A stretch of 64,000 bases of DNA from Callorhinchus milii (GCF_018977255.1 NW_024704743.1:37698001-37762000); one strand, 5' to 3'; numbered from the stretch's first letter, positions 1 through 12,869 are shown. Program-made: numbers and translations. Notes: a model not told the origin generated them from the sequence alone.

Positions 1-740
1 TTATCCTATGTTCTTTCACATCATCAGGAAATCTCAACCATATCATGTAGATTAATTCAGTCCAGAGAAGGGACAATGTTTGAAAGTGGATACTTGTGTA
101 TTTTAGCTTCAGTTATTTGTTATGCAGTTCTGATTTCAAATTTTATATCATTAGATTTGAAAAACAGATGTACAGTTTTTTTTAAAGAATCCTGTTCTGG
201 AGGTTTTTTAAATTTAAAAAAAATTAAATGTTAGCATTTCAAATCTTACATGGATTTTCCTGGTGAAAGCATAGCCATTGCGACTGAGGAACCCTGCCAG
301 GGCTCTATGCTTAAATCATTGCTGAGAGAGAAATGAGAGGATGGGAGCTGGACTGATTCAACTGGCATGGATTCTAATTTCAATCGAGCATTTTCAAAAT
401 CAGAATCATACTGTGCATTGAATGTTATAATAATCCTATAATCCTTATCACGTTTTGGATGTCTCAAAGAGTTTCACAGGATATGCTGTAAAGTAACATT
501 TGTCTTTTGTTGGTGAACGTGCCAGCCAGTTTGTGCAAAGCACTGTCCTACAAGCAGCCATGGAGTGAGTGATCAGTTTTATTTGGGGGTTTGTTGGCCA
601 GGACACCGGGATGTTTACTGCAGTTGGATCCACAAAGAATTGAATATGAAAAACATTGCCAATGGTAGAAGCATATGTTGCGATGCCAGATTCCCAAGCT
701 ATACCATACATACCTGATAGTGTAGCCTATTTTTCTGAGT

Positions 741-927
741 TTATAACAACAACCAAATTACATTTGTGTAGCGCCTTTCATGTCGGGAGGACATCCCAAG
801 GTGCTGGACAACCAGTGTTTCGGACCTGAGCTGGGGGTCGAGATCAGGGAGGGTGGAGAGTGGTCGGGGGAATAGGGTGACCGATAGCACGGTCGAAGAG
901 GAGGGTCTTGAGACGGGTCTTGAAAGA
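741..927 (-). mobile_element. L2 LINE 3' end fragment
   Basis: Reverse complement matches the ORF2 C-terminus, 3' UTR, stem-loop and (TTG) tail of the copy at 1016-2160. Confidence 0.85.
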
Positions 928-1015
928 GGCAAAATATTCAAATATTTTGAATACATTTATAATAATTATAAATTACATTATAAATGTATTTATAAATGTA
1001 TGTATAAATGTATTC

Positions 1016-2160
1016 GTCTCAACGAATGGCTTCTCCTCCACCCCCCGTACTGTCTCATGTGGTGTCCCTCAGGGCTCTGTCCTCGGTCCCCTCCTCTTCA
1101 CCCTCTATATGCTCCCCCTTGGTGACATCATCCGCAAACATGGGGTTAACTTCCACATGTATGCGGATGACACCCAACTCTACCTTTCCTCCTCTACTCT
1201 CAACTCCACGACCACCGATGTCCTGACAGCCTGCCTGTCCGACATCGAGTCCTGGACGAGAGACAACTTTCTTCAGCTCAACGTGCGAAAAACCGAGGCC
1301 CTCCTGATTGGCTCACGTCAGCGCCTCCGCACCTCAGGCGCTGACACCATCAGCATCCAAGGCTGCACTCTCCACCTCTCAAAGCCAGTCAGGAACCTCG
1401 GCGTTTTGTTCGACCCTGAGCTGTCCTTTCTCCCTCACATCCGCACCACAACTGGCACCGCCTTCCATCACCTCCGGAATATCGCCAGATTACGGCACTA
1501 CCTCACCCCTCACGCTGCTGAAACCCTAGTTCACGCCTTTGTCACCTCAAGGCTGGACTATGGGAACTCTCTCCTCGCCGGCCTTCCCGCCACCTCCCTC
1601 CACACTGCAGGTCATTCAGAACTCTGCAGCTCATGTACTGTCCCGCACCAGGCTTCGGGACCACATCACTCCCACCCTCGCTCACCTCCACTGGCTCCCC
1701 ATCCCCCAGAGGATCGATTTCAAGATCCTCATCCTCACCTACAAGGCCATTCACGGCCTTGCTCCCTCCTACCTCTCCAACCTACTATCCCCCTACCTAC
1801 CTGCCCGTACCCTCCGTTCCTCTGGCTCCGGTCTGCTCCACGTCCCCCGGCCCAACCGCCCTACCATCGGTGGTCGGGCCTTCAGCCTCTCAGCCCCAGG
1901 CTCTGGAACTCCATCCCCCAGTGCCTTCGCCTTGCTTCCTCCCTTTCCTCCTTCAAGGCCGGTCTCAAGACCTTTCTCTTTGACAGTGCCTTCAGCTCCC
2001 CTCTCGACTCTCTTCCTCCTCCTCGCTCCCTCCCTTCCTCCCTCACCCTGACCATTTCCCCCCTGCTCGGGTCATGACCCAACTGTGCAGCGCCTTGGGA
2101 CGTCCTCCTGACGTGAAAGGCGCTCTATAAATGGAATCTTGTTGTTGTTGTTGTTGTTGT
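1016..2160 (+). mobile_element. 5'-truncated young L2-clade LINE (RT C-terminal half, frameshifted)
   Basis: [10 protein letters not shown] and YADD (1160-1171) RT motifs; [13 protein letters not shown] and [13 protein letters not shown]...FKIL typical of L2 ORF2, split across frames near 1600; 3' stem-loop agcgccttgggacgtcctcctgacgtgaaaggcgct; (TTG)n tail; TSD tgtattc (1009-1015 and 2158-2164). Confidence 0.93.
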
Positions 2161-2454
2161 ATTCAAAATATTTCTGAATTTTGCTTTAAAACTTGACAAC
2201 CAAAAACATTTAACAGATGATTACTTACAATACACTAATCAGGTATCACATCTGTAAATACAAATAATTTGTAAGGAAATATAGCTTATAATTTAAATTT
2301 TTAGGACTCAAAATGATGTTTATAAAAATATGCATGCCAATGTATGTCACAGATCTGATCTGCCAATGGAAATGTTACATATCAGATTTTATAGGTTTGA
2401 AACCAAAGATGTAATGGAGCACTGGATAATGCAATAATAGAGCACTATTTATAG

Positions 2455-2567
2455 TTTCGCCAACAAAACATACAATCAATTCACTTTACAGTATTAACTG
2501 TGAAGTGCTTTGAGACATCTCAAAGACGTGATAAGGCGCTACATCAAATGCAAGGATTATTATTATA
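2455..2567 (+). mobile_element. SINE 3' fragment
   Basis: caattcactttacag...aggcgctacatcaaatgcaaggattattatt tail shared with the full-length copies. Confidence 0.85.
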
Positions 2568-3492
2568 ATGCTCTAGTTGGGAACCATAAAATTGCAGCCA
2601 CCTCTATAAAATATAAGCACTATCTCCAGTCTGCTCCATTGGTACTTCAAAATGTATAGGATATACATTGCCAAATGGCTGATTTTTGGGTCATCAGGTT
2701 GCCGCCGACTTCACTTCCTGCGTGCTATTGGCATTGACAACCTGATGACCCAGATTTGGAGCATTTAGGCTTCCTTGGGAAATGTTTTGAATCATTGATT
2801 GAGCCTAGCGTGGATCTTGGATTGTCTGGGTAAATAAATGGTGGATCTATAACTTATGCGATTCTACAGTACACTGTACAGCTGTATTGTTTTTTACTAA
2901 ACAGTAAAAGATAAGACTTACAGCAGAAGTCTTATCTTTATAAATTATCTAATTGCCTAAGTCAGACATTCACCCGAGTCCCATTCAGTATCCTATCAAA
3001 GCCACTAAGATTTGTTTGCAATAGTCATATTAATCACCTCCTAACTTGTAAAGCCGCTCCCCTACCATTACTTCTGCATTTACCGGCTGCATTGAATCAC
3101 AGGCTGTACGGATGTAGTCTACATCCGTCTGCATTCGCAGAAGAATTAAATGCGATTCCATTGCTTGTCGGTAAGTGGGCATGTGGTCAAGATGCATAGA
3201 ATCGCAGGAAACTTAGCTTTGACCCGTCACTTCAAGTGCACTTACTGGCTACATTGACGAACTGTTGCAAGTGTATTTAGCAGTTGCATTGAATTACGCA
3301 TGCGGAGTGTAGATTATTCATTTAAATCAGATTTTAGACAATTTATACAGTTCGTCTATAACTCAGACTTCGGGAAATTCATATTAAATATAGTCCCAAC
3401 TGATTGAACTTTCGTGAGTTTTACTGTACTTGCATAAAACCAGCAAGAACTATGCCTCAACTGCTCACTTAATATGCTTACAGATTGCTTAA

Positions 3493-4058
3493 AGTGGAGT
3501 CCTGTAGCTCAGTGGTTAGAACATTCGCCTCACACGCAAGAGACCTTGGTTCAGTTCCCAGCAGGGCGAAACGCTGACCAAGTTTCCTTACTCCATACCC
3601 CTTTATTTACCTAGCAGTAAGTAGGATTGGCAGATTGCTTTTCCGAGGCTAATAATTCCTTAAAGAATAATAAACTGTTGTGCGCGTGTCCCACAAAAGT
3701 CGTGGATTGAATGACCAATTTGGCTGCCGCGTTTCGCCCACAAAATATACAGTCAATTCACTTTACAGTAGCTGTGAATCGCTTTGAGACGTCTTGAAGA
3801 CGTGATAAGGCGCTATATCAAATGTTGTTAGTTGATTGGAGATGGCTTTTCCGGGGATAATAATTCCTTCAAAAAAAAATAATATTAATTTGGTCACTTG
3901 AATCCATGACTGTGGGACACTGCCTTGCACAATTGGCTGCCATGTTTCACCCACAAAATATGCAATCAATTCAGTTTACTGTATATTCTGTGAAGTGCTT
4001 TGAGACATCTCAAAGATGTGATGAAGCACGATATCAAATGCAAGAATTATTATTATTA
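3493..4058 (+). mobile_element. tRNA-derived SINE (long form) followed by a tandem partial copy of its 3' half
   Basis: A box tagctcagtgg and B-box-like ggttcagttc; body and tail occur twice (about 3630-3825 and 3830-4058). Confidence 0.88.
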
Positions 4059-4939
4059 AGTTCCCAAATCAAAAATGTCATTGATTTAAGAAAGAATGAT
4101 CTCCATAATGACCATTGTTTAATAATTTAGGAGAATTTAGCAGTCTGGTATTAAAATGAGAATTTAGCAGTGTGGTATGCAAACAAAGCATAACTTTGTT
4201 TTTTTTATTTTAAATTGTCTCTTCACAAAGAACAATTGGTAACACTCAATTATTGTAAGATTCGCTGTGAGAAGCAACATTTTTTAATTAGCTTAGTAAA
4301 GAAATTAGGAACAAAGGCAGTGCCTGGAGATGGTATGTATCCTAGTCATTATTCAACTAATTCAACTTGTCTTTGATTTTATCACATTCTGACACTTGAT
4401 AATCGATTAGCCATCACTGACTGAAAATCACAAATCCTGTTTGTTCTTCAATTGTAGAACAATTCTCACATCGAAATATGTAATGACAGTGAGCTGGCCA
4501 TACTTGTCATTGTTTCCCTAAGATAGATTTGTATTGAATACATATTCATGGCACAAGTACTACTTTTAGATTAAACAGAAGTTTAATCTGTTACTTGATT
4601 AACTGACGGAATATTCAATGAGTAGGACATGGGGAGTATCACTTAGCTCCACACTGCTTCTGCCCTCTTTTAAAATTAGCTCCTTATTCATATTCCAAGT
4701 GCATATCAATTATGAGACTCTATAATATTGAACAGGCTGATACTTTATGGCAGATATGTTTAAAGTAAATGTTAGGAAGAGGTGATAACACACTTAAATC
4801 ATTGATCCTCTAATTTTTATAAATCATAATCCTTGCATTTGATGTAGCACCTTTCACATCAGAGGGACATCTCGAAACGCTTCACAGGATTAAATTGTAG
4901 TCATGTATTTTGAAATTTTTCCAAAGTTGGGAAAAGCTG

Positions 4940-5370
4940 GTGGAGGGCTTGGAAGACAGGTTAGGGGGATGCCACAGGTGAGGGAGATGAGGAAATGTTT
5001 GGAGATGGCCATGTCCGTGATGGACAGATCAGAGATATCAAGATCGTGTGTGGTGAGTAGGCCAAGGGGGTGGCGGTTGTGGGTCAGGGAAGCTTATATG
5101 GAGGGCAAGGTTTAGGGTGGAGAAGAGAGCAGCAAAATCACAGGAAATGGGGCAAGAGGAGTGCAGAAGCAGAGGGATGAGAGGAGAGAAGAGATATCAG
5201 GGATGAAGGATCCAGGTGGTTTAGGAGGAAGATAGATGAGGATTTTAAAGGAGAGGAAGGGATGGTACATGGTTAATGTTCAAACAAGGGAAGGAGCTGG
5301 AGGAATAGGGGGATGGACTGATGGAAGTTTGGGGATGAGTATTAAAAGAGGATTTGTTGGGAGTACCAAT
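4940..5370 (-). mobile_element. Degenerate LINE endonuclease-region remnant (L2-like)
   Basis: Purine-rich + strand; the minus strand reads ...LSITDMAISKHFLISL, resembling the APE 'ISDH' motif region. Confidence 0.5.
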
Positions 5371-6255
5371 GNTTTTTGGAAGATTGATCAAATATTTGAA
5401 TAGATCTTTGCTCAAAGCATTACATGTCATTGCAATTTTCTTCCTCAAATGTTTAATGAAGAATATTCAACTGACTGGATACTTGAATTCGACAAAATAT
5501 CATCCCATTACACCATGATCACAGTATAAATCTTTAGAGAAGCTAGGTTGCAGCTGAACACCTATGAATTATTGATTTGGCTGAATTATTACAGCAAATT
5601 CATTATGATGGACCTGGGAATATAATTTATATTCATGCATGAGCTGGCATTAAATTCAAATGATATGGTGTAACTTTTTTGTGGTCAGTGCCAAGTTTAA
5701 GACAATATTTTCCAATGGGTCATTTTAATGTGTTGGATTTATACCATCCTCTAAAACTGAATTGGCTAAGGTTAAATAGTTAAACTGAATTCCACAGAAT
5801 GTAAAAATTCAACTGGCTATGATTTGTAGTTTTGGGATAGTTACAATAGAAATGGTGCAATTTCAATATTTCTTTGGCAGTGACAGTTTTAATTGCATGG
5901 TTGAAACCAAAACCTGAGGGAACTGCAATGTTCTATCAGCATCTAAAATTGAACTCAGAAGTATCTTGAACAACCAGAACTGATCTTCAGCAAGTTAATT
6001 AAATGTATGGTTCAATGGGGTTTAAAAACAATGATTTCTCCCATTGTCTTCAATCTCTGATCCTCAATCGCTGACCATCAACTAGATCAAGTTATGCTGT
6101 ACTAATTCAGTTAAAGCATGATATTTCTCTTTAGCAACTAAAATTAATGTTGGCAGCATAACACGTCTATAAAGAATGTTGACATTTTCTGTATAATCAC
6201 CATGTTATATGGGGTTCTGTGCAGCTCCAGTTCTAGACAGATCATATTGTTCAAT

Positions 6256-6483
6256 CTAAACAGAAGTCGCTGGGACCACTCAGCAGGTCAGGCAGCATCT
6301 ATGGAGAAAGGAAAATGATTCATCGTTTCAGGTCCACGACCCTTCATCAGAACTGACGAAGGGTCATGGACCCGAAACGTTGACTCACTTTCCTTTCTCC
6401 ATAAATGCTGCCTGACCTGCTGAGTGTTCCCAGTGATTTCTGTTTCAGAATTCCAGCATCTGCAGTATTTTGCTTTTTTTAAT
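6256..6483. mobile_element. Palindromic Penelope-like terminal-repeat element with hammerhead cores
   Basis: Inverted arms at 6258-6350 and 6353-6445; ctgacga-agggtc-atg-gaccc-gaaacgtt; flanked by a 12 bp direct repeat atattgttcaat (6244-6255 and 6484-6495). Confidence 0.8.
6353..6385 (+). ncRNA. Minimal type I hammerhead ribozyme motif (candidate)
   Basis: CUGACGA core, stem II GGGUC/GACCC, GAAA, then palindromic ACGU in place of stem III, with a GUU triplet. Confidence 0.6.
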
Positions 6484-6849
6484 ATATTGTTCAATATGTT
6501 TTTTTATAGTCAGGTTCCTGCTGTACTAGTGTATAATAGCAATTTGGGTCAAAAATTGCTTTCATACAATGAATAATGTAATCACTCACCAGTGACAATT
6601 CCCCAAATTCGGCTTAAACAGTCACAATGAAAATGATCTAAAGTTTGAAATTCGTAGAGGTAAATTGAAGGGGTGAAGATTTAAAAAAAACTTCATCAAA
6701 ACGGAAGACTTGGAGGGAGTGTTTCAAAAATAATATAATACGTTGGATCATCACAGTGAGAACCAGGCACAAAAGAAAAGAGAGATGCTGAAATGTAGAG
6801 GATAACTTCATGCAGTCTAATTACAGTAGGATCACTCAGAATAAGTAAT

Positions 6850-8060
6850 TGGAAATGTGTGTGTTGAAGAAAAAGTGCAGTGTAATTGCAATAACAGATA
6901 TCAGAAATGAAAATCCAGTTGCAGGAGATCATTTATAGATGTGACTGGTAGAATAAAGCAGAGACCTGTGTGGATTGAAGTCATGGATAGTAATGCAATA
7001 TTATTGATGGTTATTAGAAAGCCTGGACAGGAGAAGAGGGTGCATAGAAAATATTTTTCGAGGTGATGTAAAACTTGTAAAAGGCTAGAAAATTAATTAT
7101 ATTAAAATTGTTTAGGAAAACGGGATTGGGAAATAAAATGAGAGAGCAATTTCTGAACATGGTTCAGGATTGCTTTCTTAACAGTTTTGCAGTCTGCCAT
7201 TGTTGATAATCATGGTAATGTTGCGGTATGTATAGTAACAGAAAAAGAGCATCTATGATACAGTAATCACAACATCAATCAAATTGAAATGCTCTGCAGG
7301 TATGCTAGGAGGACAGTAATAAAACAAATTAGATTTTAATAAATTAGAGTACCCTTGAGAGGAATGCAAAATGAGTTAAAACTTAATTGCACCCCAATTG
7401 TTAGGAAATGTACAATTAAAAAAAGGATTATATCGAAAGAGTGTGAGGCTAGAATGGAACCTCATTCTAGATGAATCATAACTGATTTGGGGAGACGAGA
7501 GGTTAAGTAGGGGTATAAAACAATACTATGTTAGGGGTAGATAGAATATTTTTAAAATTAGGAAACTGCTACAGGAGGATTGGAAAAATTATAAAGATAA
7601 GCAGCAGCAGGTTTTAAAAAAAAGTAAAATATTGAATGTTGTGTAGTTTCCTGATCAGGAAAGAGCTCTAGTGATAATTTGGGATAAATAAATTTAATGG
7701 TTAGTCCTATATTTGGCAATATTAAAATACAGCTGAGGTACTCATGAATTGGTAGAGGAATACATTACAATCACAAGAGATAATGTTGCTGTTTAAGAAC
7801 ATATCTATGTTCGTGGTTTTAGTTATCTAATTTCAGGAGAGAAATTGCCCTTGAGATGAGCAAATGGTGTGATACCAGGTCTTAGAAATCTACATTACAA
7901 GGAAAGAATAAGAAAATGGAAAATGACCTGATAGAAGTTTTGAAGGGTTTGGTCAATCCAGGCAATTTGTTCAATGCAATGAACATTTCAGGCACCAGAC
8001 GATTCTAATTTAAAAATGGGTAAATTAGGAGTAAGAATTTTTTTTACACATGTAATAGAT
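6850..8060 (+). mobile_element. Highly degenerate CR1 LINE remnants
   Basis: Purine-rich patches resembling CR1 ORF2 (e.g. gataccaggtcttagaaat...gacctgatagaagttttgaagggtttg), similar to the better copy at 54910-55850. Confidence 0.45.
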
Positions 8061-8739
8061 TAATTCTTGCATTTGGTATAATGCCTTATCATGTCAGAAG
8101 GACATTTCAAAAGTGATTCACAAGTTTTATTGTGATATGAACTCACTGTGTATTTGTAGGCAATCGGGCAGCATAATTGCGCACAGTAATGTCTCACAAA
8201 CAACCTCTGTACATGAAGTCACTGTTCAGTTTTGACAACTTTTTGCTTGAGCATAATGGGTTTAATCGATTAGCTGGATTCTCTAGTTCATTGGCATCGC
8301 TGTGGATTGTAGAACATTCACACGCTGGTTTTCTTCAGCGGGTGGGTTAAAACAAGACAGCTGCTTGGATGTACACATTCAACAAATTCCAAGATGTCCT
8401 TAACTGGATCGGAACTAATTCCTGTCAAAGTCATATTTTGGTTGTTGAAATTGTAGTCATTAGTGTAAAATAATGAGTTTGATGGTGCGCTTCTCTCCTT
8501 TGTGGATTGTTCAATGGAGAGCTTGTAAACACAATTTGTAAAAGTGCTCCCAGACACTACCCCACGTGGAGGGCACTATATACATGCAAGTTGTGTTACA
8601 CTTGTACTGAAAGTTTTATCGTGAGGAGAACATTATTGTGTCTTAAAGAACTTCTGTAGATGAATAACATGAGTCAGAAATTTAATCACCTATTATAATG
8701 AAGTTAGGGCTTGTCAAATGAACAACCAGTAGCTATCCT

Positions 8740-9240
8740 CATTGAGAGAAGGTAACGTAAGCTTGAACTGGTGACGTGATTGACAATAAAATGTCAGAAT
8801 CCAGTCAACCCTCTGTGATGGTCTGGGTAATCCAGTTGCTGAGCCAGGCTGGTCTGGAGTACTCCAGGGCACCACTAATGACTGCCCAGCCAGGCTGGCT
8901 CAATGGCAGGACTTGGAGGGAGAGGCCAGCTACTCAGTGCAGGGATTCCTCCCACTCAGCTCCTGGGAACTCATGCAAGCCCAAGCCCTGACGGGTAGGG
9001 TGGTCCAAGCTGGACAAGCAGCAGAAAGCTTGCCAGGTAATGCTTTCAATGGCAAGTTATGTGGTCTTAGATGGTTAAATTCCAGGAGTAGCCTGGAACT
9101 CCAAAACTTTGTTTTTTGCCAGCCGGCACCTAATACTTTTTGGAATTAGGTAAGCAGGATGTGTCCCTCCCCAGGCAGAGAGAGCGTATTCCCTTCCAGA
9201 CATAGGGAAATATCCAGTGTGTGACTTATATACGTGTACC
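8740..9240 (+). repeat. Unclassified interspersed repeat (family X, RTE-5'UTR-like motifs)
   Basis: Shares blocks with 22745-23290, 27150-27575 and the minus-strand copies (gtcagaatc...cccactcagctcc...gctggacaag...aatggcaa...ggaattaggtaag). Confidence 0.8.
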
Positions 9241-10194
9241 TCTTGTCTGGCTTGTTATTAAGATTCTTAAACGTTTTGATGGGTTTCCAATTGTATCAGA
9301 CACCCAGCTCACCAAAAAAATCTTATAAGAATTCCATCGACGTTTGTTGGAATTGTATTTCTTCTTTAATTAGCTTCAGGTTCACAGTTTTTTTTCAAGA
9401 AGTGAGTGCTGAACTTTCCCTGGTTGGACAGCTTCACACTTGTCTCAGGCTTATAATCATTAAATACAGTGCATCCGCTGGCTCTTCTACATAGCATTTC
9501 ACTGGAGAGATTGAGTGCACGAGGAGATGAGACCCATGTATGATATTAAAATGAGAATTGCTTGCCATAGGGAAAGCATTGCTTGTTTGTGTGCTATTTT
9601 TCATCTATTTCTAGTAGGAGTACTTTGAACAAAAAATACTCCCACTTACCTTCAAGGCTTAGTTAATTGTCCAGATACTGCCTGAATGGTTTTTTTTACA
9701 TTATTGCCTTTCAAAGAAAACAATCTGACATTTTAACCGTTATCATAGCAGTTATCATTTTATACTCTCATTTCCATCATTCATATAGTGCAATTTTATA
9801 TCTTTTTTAAAAATCATAATTTTATTAAATTTAGGAAAATTATTTTTCAGTTTTGAAAAGCTTAGTTCAAAATTAAAATGTGCCTTGAACTACCTTTATC
9901 AATTGGAATTTGTTGGGAGACTTCTAGCTAAACTGCAGATTATGTGCTGGTGAGATACCGCTGTAGACTCTTACACTTTGGATAAAATGAAGGGAATGCT
10001 ACATGCCCAAATTTAAAATTATTTGATAACAATAACAAATGGGTCAGAATGGTGGATCTTCAATTGGTGAATCAGGAAACATATTGATAGCCATTATTTT
10101 CTTATTTATCTCTTATCATTCTTTGTTCTCACCAGCCTTTTCCCTAAGTGTTTGACTACATTTTGCCATTGGTGCCTCATTCAAATCTCCATTT

Positions 10195-10430
10195 AGGCAT
10201 GAGCTTTGACCAGGAATGTTAGGGATATGGCATGCACTGCCGGGAGCGGTCGTTGAGGCAGAATCCATATTAGCTTTCAAATGGGAACTAGATAAGTAGC
10301 TAAAAAAAAAGCCAGTTACTGGAATATAAGGAAAAAGCAGGTAAATGTAACTGAAAGGAATGCTCTTTTAAAGAGCCAGCAGAGACGTGATGGGCTGAAT
10401 GACCTTCTGTGCTGTAAATTTATACAGTTC
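10195..10430 (+). mobile_element. CR1 LINE 3' end fragment
   Basis: gttgaggcagaatccatattagctttcaaatgggaactagataag...atgggctgaatgaccttctgtgctgtaa, typical of a CR1 3' end. Confidence 0.7.
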
Positions 10431-11792
10431 TACTGTAGAAGGGGCTGTTTGAATGTAAGGCAACATTAGTCTAGCACAATTCTGTCCACAAACAATGTCC
10501 ACACATGGACAAAATCCAACAGAGTTGCTAGATAGTGATGAGGAGTAGAAACCCTGGTCTTCTCACCTGTATTGAGCCCAACTGTAGTGCCCAAACTAAT
10601 ATCTTGGTAAAGATCAGTTGTGCAGCCTTCTGAGTTCAAAACTCCTTTTGCAATGCTGTTCCAGGCATTCTGCGATGTTGGTTGGGCTTTTTTGTTTGAT
10701 GGGAAAATAAAAAGTAAGGAGACCCAAACCTTCAGCACAAAGAAGAAAGGACAAGTTGCCTTGGGCAAGTTGGTAGGGCAGTGATAGAACACACTATAGA
10801 GCACATCATATACTTGTTATTTCAGCCTAGGTCAAGCGAAACAGAAAACAGTAGAGAGCATAACAAACCAAAATGTTTTCATAATTGAATGGTTTCAGGG
10901 GTTTCAGTTATGTCAGAGAGCATTAATTATTTTAAACTGTTGCGTTTTTTAATTTGGAATTTTATAGTTGATTTTTTTTCATTTAGCGAGATGATTAAAT
11001 CCCTCTGAAATGTTTTCAATCATGCAATTTGATTTAAAGAATAAAATGACAGTACCTATCCAACTCTTCTTAATTACACACTGCATTACTAAAACCAGTC
11101 TCCTGTAATTAAACAGCCTAAATATTAAAAAGCTGGTTTATGTGGTCCCACACCACCCTATACAAACATTCACATATTTTGCATTTGAACTGATAACTTC
11201 CAAACTAATTCTGAAAACCTCACAAAGTGGAGAGCATTGAAATAGTGAGGTTGACCATCTTGGGTTTTGATCCAGGAAAAAATAGGGCGAACTGCCCTAT
11301 TATGACTTGATATTGGTAAAGTTTGGTAATGTGTGATTTAAGAGTTGGAAGAAATTGATCTCAAAACCCAACTGTTAGGAAAATGTGCAGGTTATTCATC
11401 TAAATATCCCCCAATCGAAGATTTCCCAATTTGAAGCTTTCTTTAATTCCTGATTTACTGAGAAGTCATCCTTTCCATTTTAGGGAGAAATCATCTGCCT
11501 TAGTCTACATGTCTTCTAGAGAGAGTCCCGTTCCCCCGTAGTGTTTACAAGCTGAGCTAAATTTGAAACTAAGTTTGTTCCCTTTTGCTTCTTTCCCATT
11601 GTAGTGGATAATCAAGGTTCCCTTCTCCTAGATTATACATAACCCATTTAAAAATGCATCTCTAATGTAAATATTGGGGCGGTTTCATATTTGGGTCAGT
11701 TGTAAAAATCTGCAGCAATGCATTTAAATAGTGTATTTAAATAGTGCTTTTTTAAAATTTCTGATGTATTTGTTGTTTCATTCCTCTTGTAG

Positions 11793-11904
11793 TATTGGTA
11801 AAGGATTTCAGGGAGTTATGAAGAGATGGGGATTTAAAGGCCAGCCTGCAACCCATGGACAAACGAAAACCCATAGAAGACCAGGAGCCTCAGGGCCTGG
11901 TGGT
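11793..11904 (+). CDS. MRPL3: MRPL3 internal coding exon (112 nt; likely the equivalent of human exon 7)
   Basis: Pyrimidine tract and AG at 11791-11792; 1 nt, then [43 protein letters not shown] donor at 11905. The peptide is the conserved uL3 motif, near-identical to vertebrate MRPL3. Confidence 0.97.
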
Positions 11905-12791
11905 GTAAGTATTATCTCTCTGGTGATGTAGCCGAGTGCTGAAAAAGCTGCTGTCACACTGAATTGTTGAATTCATTGCAGTTTGCTCCAGGATTTTTGA
12001 AAAATAAGAGCTTTTTGTTGCATCTTCTTTATCATGATAGGGTTTGACATTCTTTTACCCAATCACTCTGACAATCTGTAACACTTTCTATTCCATGTTC
12101 GGTTTTACTCTTTGGGTGGTTTGTTTAGATCAATGCCCTATTTCCAGTTGACAATAATTACAAGGGTTATATTGTTATTAATCTCTAGTAACTGAAAAAA
12201 AATCTCAATGCATCGCACATTATTAATTTTATTAGATTCCAGTGCAATTGTGATTTTTTATACTTGATTACATGTATGAAAGGAGATGATTTTGATTTTG
12301 CAGTTCATACTGTATTCGACTTTTTTCGTATCAAAGCATGTTAAAATGCTTTGAAATGTATATTTTACTCGATGTCAGTAAATATTACAATGGATTGAAC
12401 ATGCAATTGATTTTCTGAGTTGACAATATTTACTTTGTTTCAATTTTCTTTTTGTTTAGATAACTAATATTGTATTATTTATTACTGAAGGGAATCTTAA
12501 ATTCAATATGAATTTAAAGGTTGAATAGCATTGTAATTACTTTCCTCATAAGGTGCTTGGGAAATGCATATTTCACTCTATAATATTTAAATTCTACATG
12601 ATGAAAATGGTAGTGGGGCAAGTGGATTCAAAGTTGAAATTCTGATTGATATTAATCTCTCCTTAGATATTTATGAACTTTCATATTAAAGCTGCTGTTT
12701 CACCATTCTTTGTCTCTGTATTGATGGCAAGGTCAGAGAATGTATTTTCCATGTCTTTCTCACCAGCAGTTTCATGTCTTATTGAATGCAG

Positions 12792-12869
12792 GACCCTGCT
12801 AGAGTTTTTCCTGGGAAGAAAATGCCTGGAAAAATGGGGAATAAGTACAACACAGCTCATGGACTAAAG
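12792..12869 (+). CDS. MRPL3: MRPL3 internal coding exon (78 nt, phase 0-0)
   Basis: tgcag acceptor; encodes DPARVFPGKKMPGKMGNKYNTAHGLK (uL3 KMPG.MG motif); GTTAGA donor at 12870; in frame with the previous exon. Confidence 0.96.

Noticed and set aside
908..2077. 389 aa ORF as a functional reverse transcriptase gene
   Set aside because: It begins in non-element AT-rich flank, covers only the 3' half of L2 ORF2 and shifts frame near 1600: a truncated retrocopy.
2742..2748. CTGATGA as a hammerhead core (also at about 27307 and 41074)
   Set aside because: No stem II followed by GAAA at a suitable distance.
1..11792. Upstream MRPL3 exon ([20 protein letters not shown]-like) and SNORA58
   Set aside because: Neither was recognised by eye. 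The exon probably lies before the window, but a short diverged exon could have been missed.
12597..12645. Box C/D snoRNA (ATGATGA...CTGA) in an MRPL3 intron
   Set aside because: Only about 48 nt between the boxes, no terminal stem and no recognisable rRNA guide.
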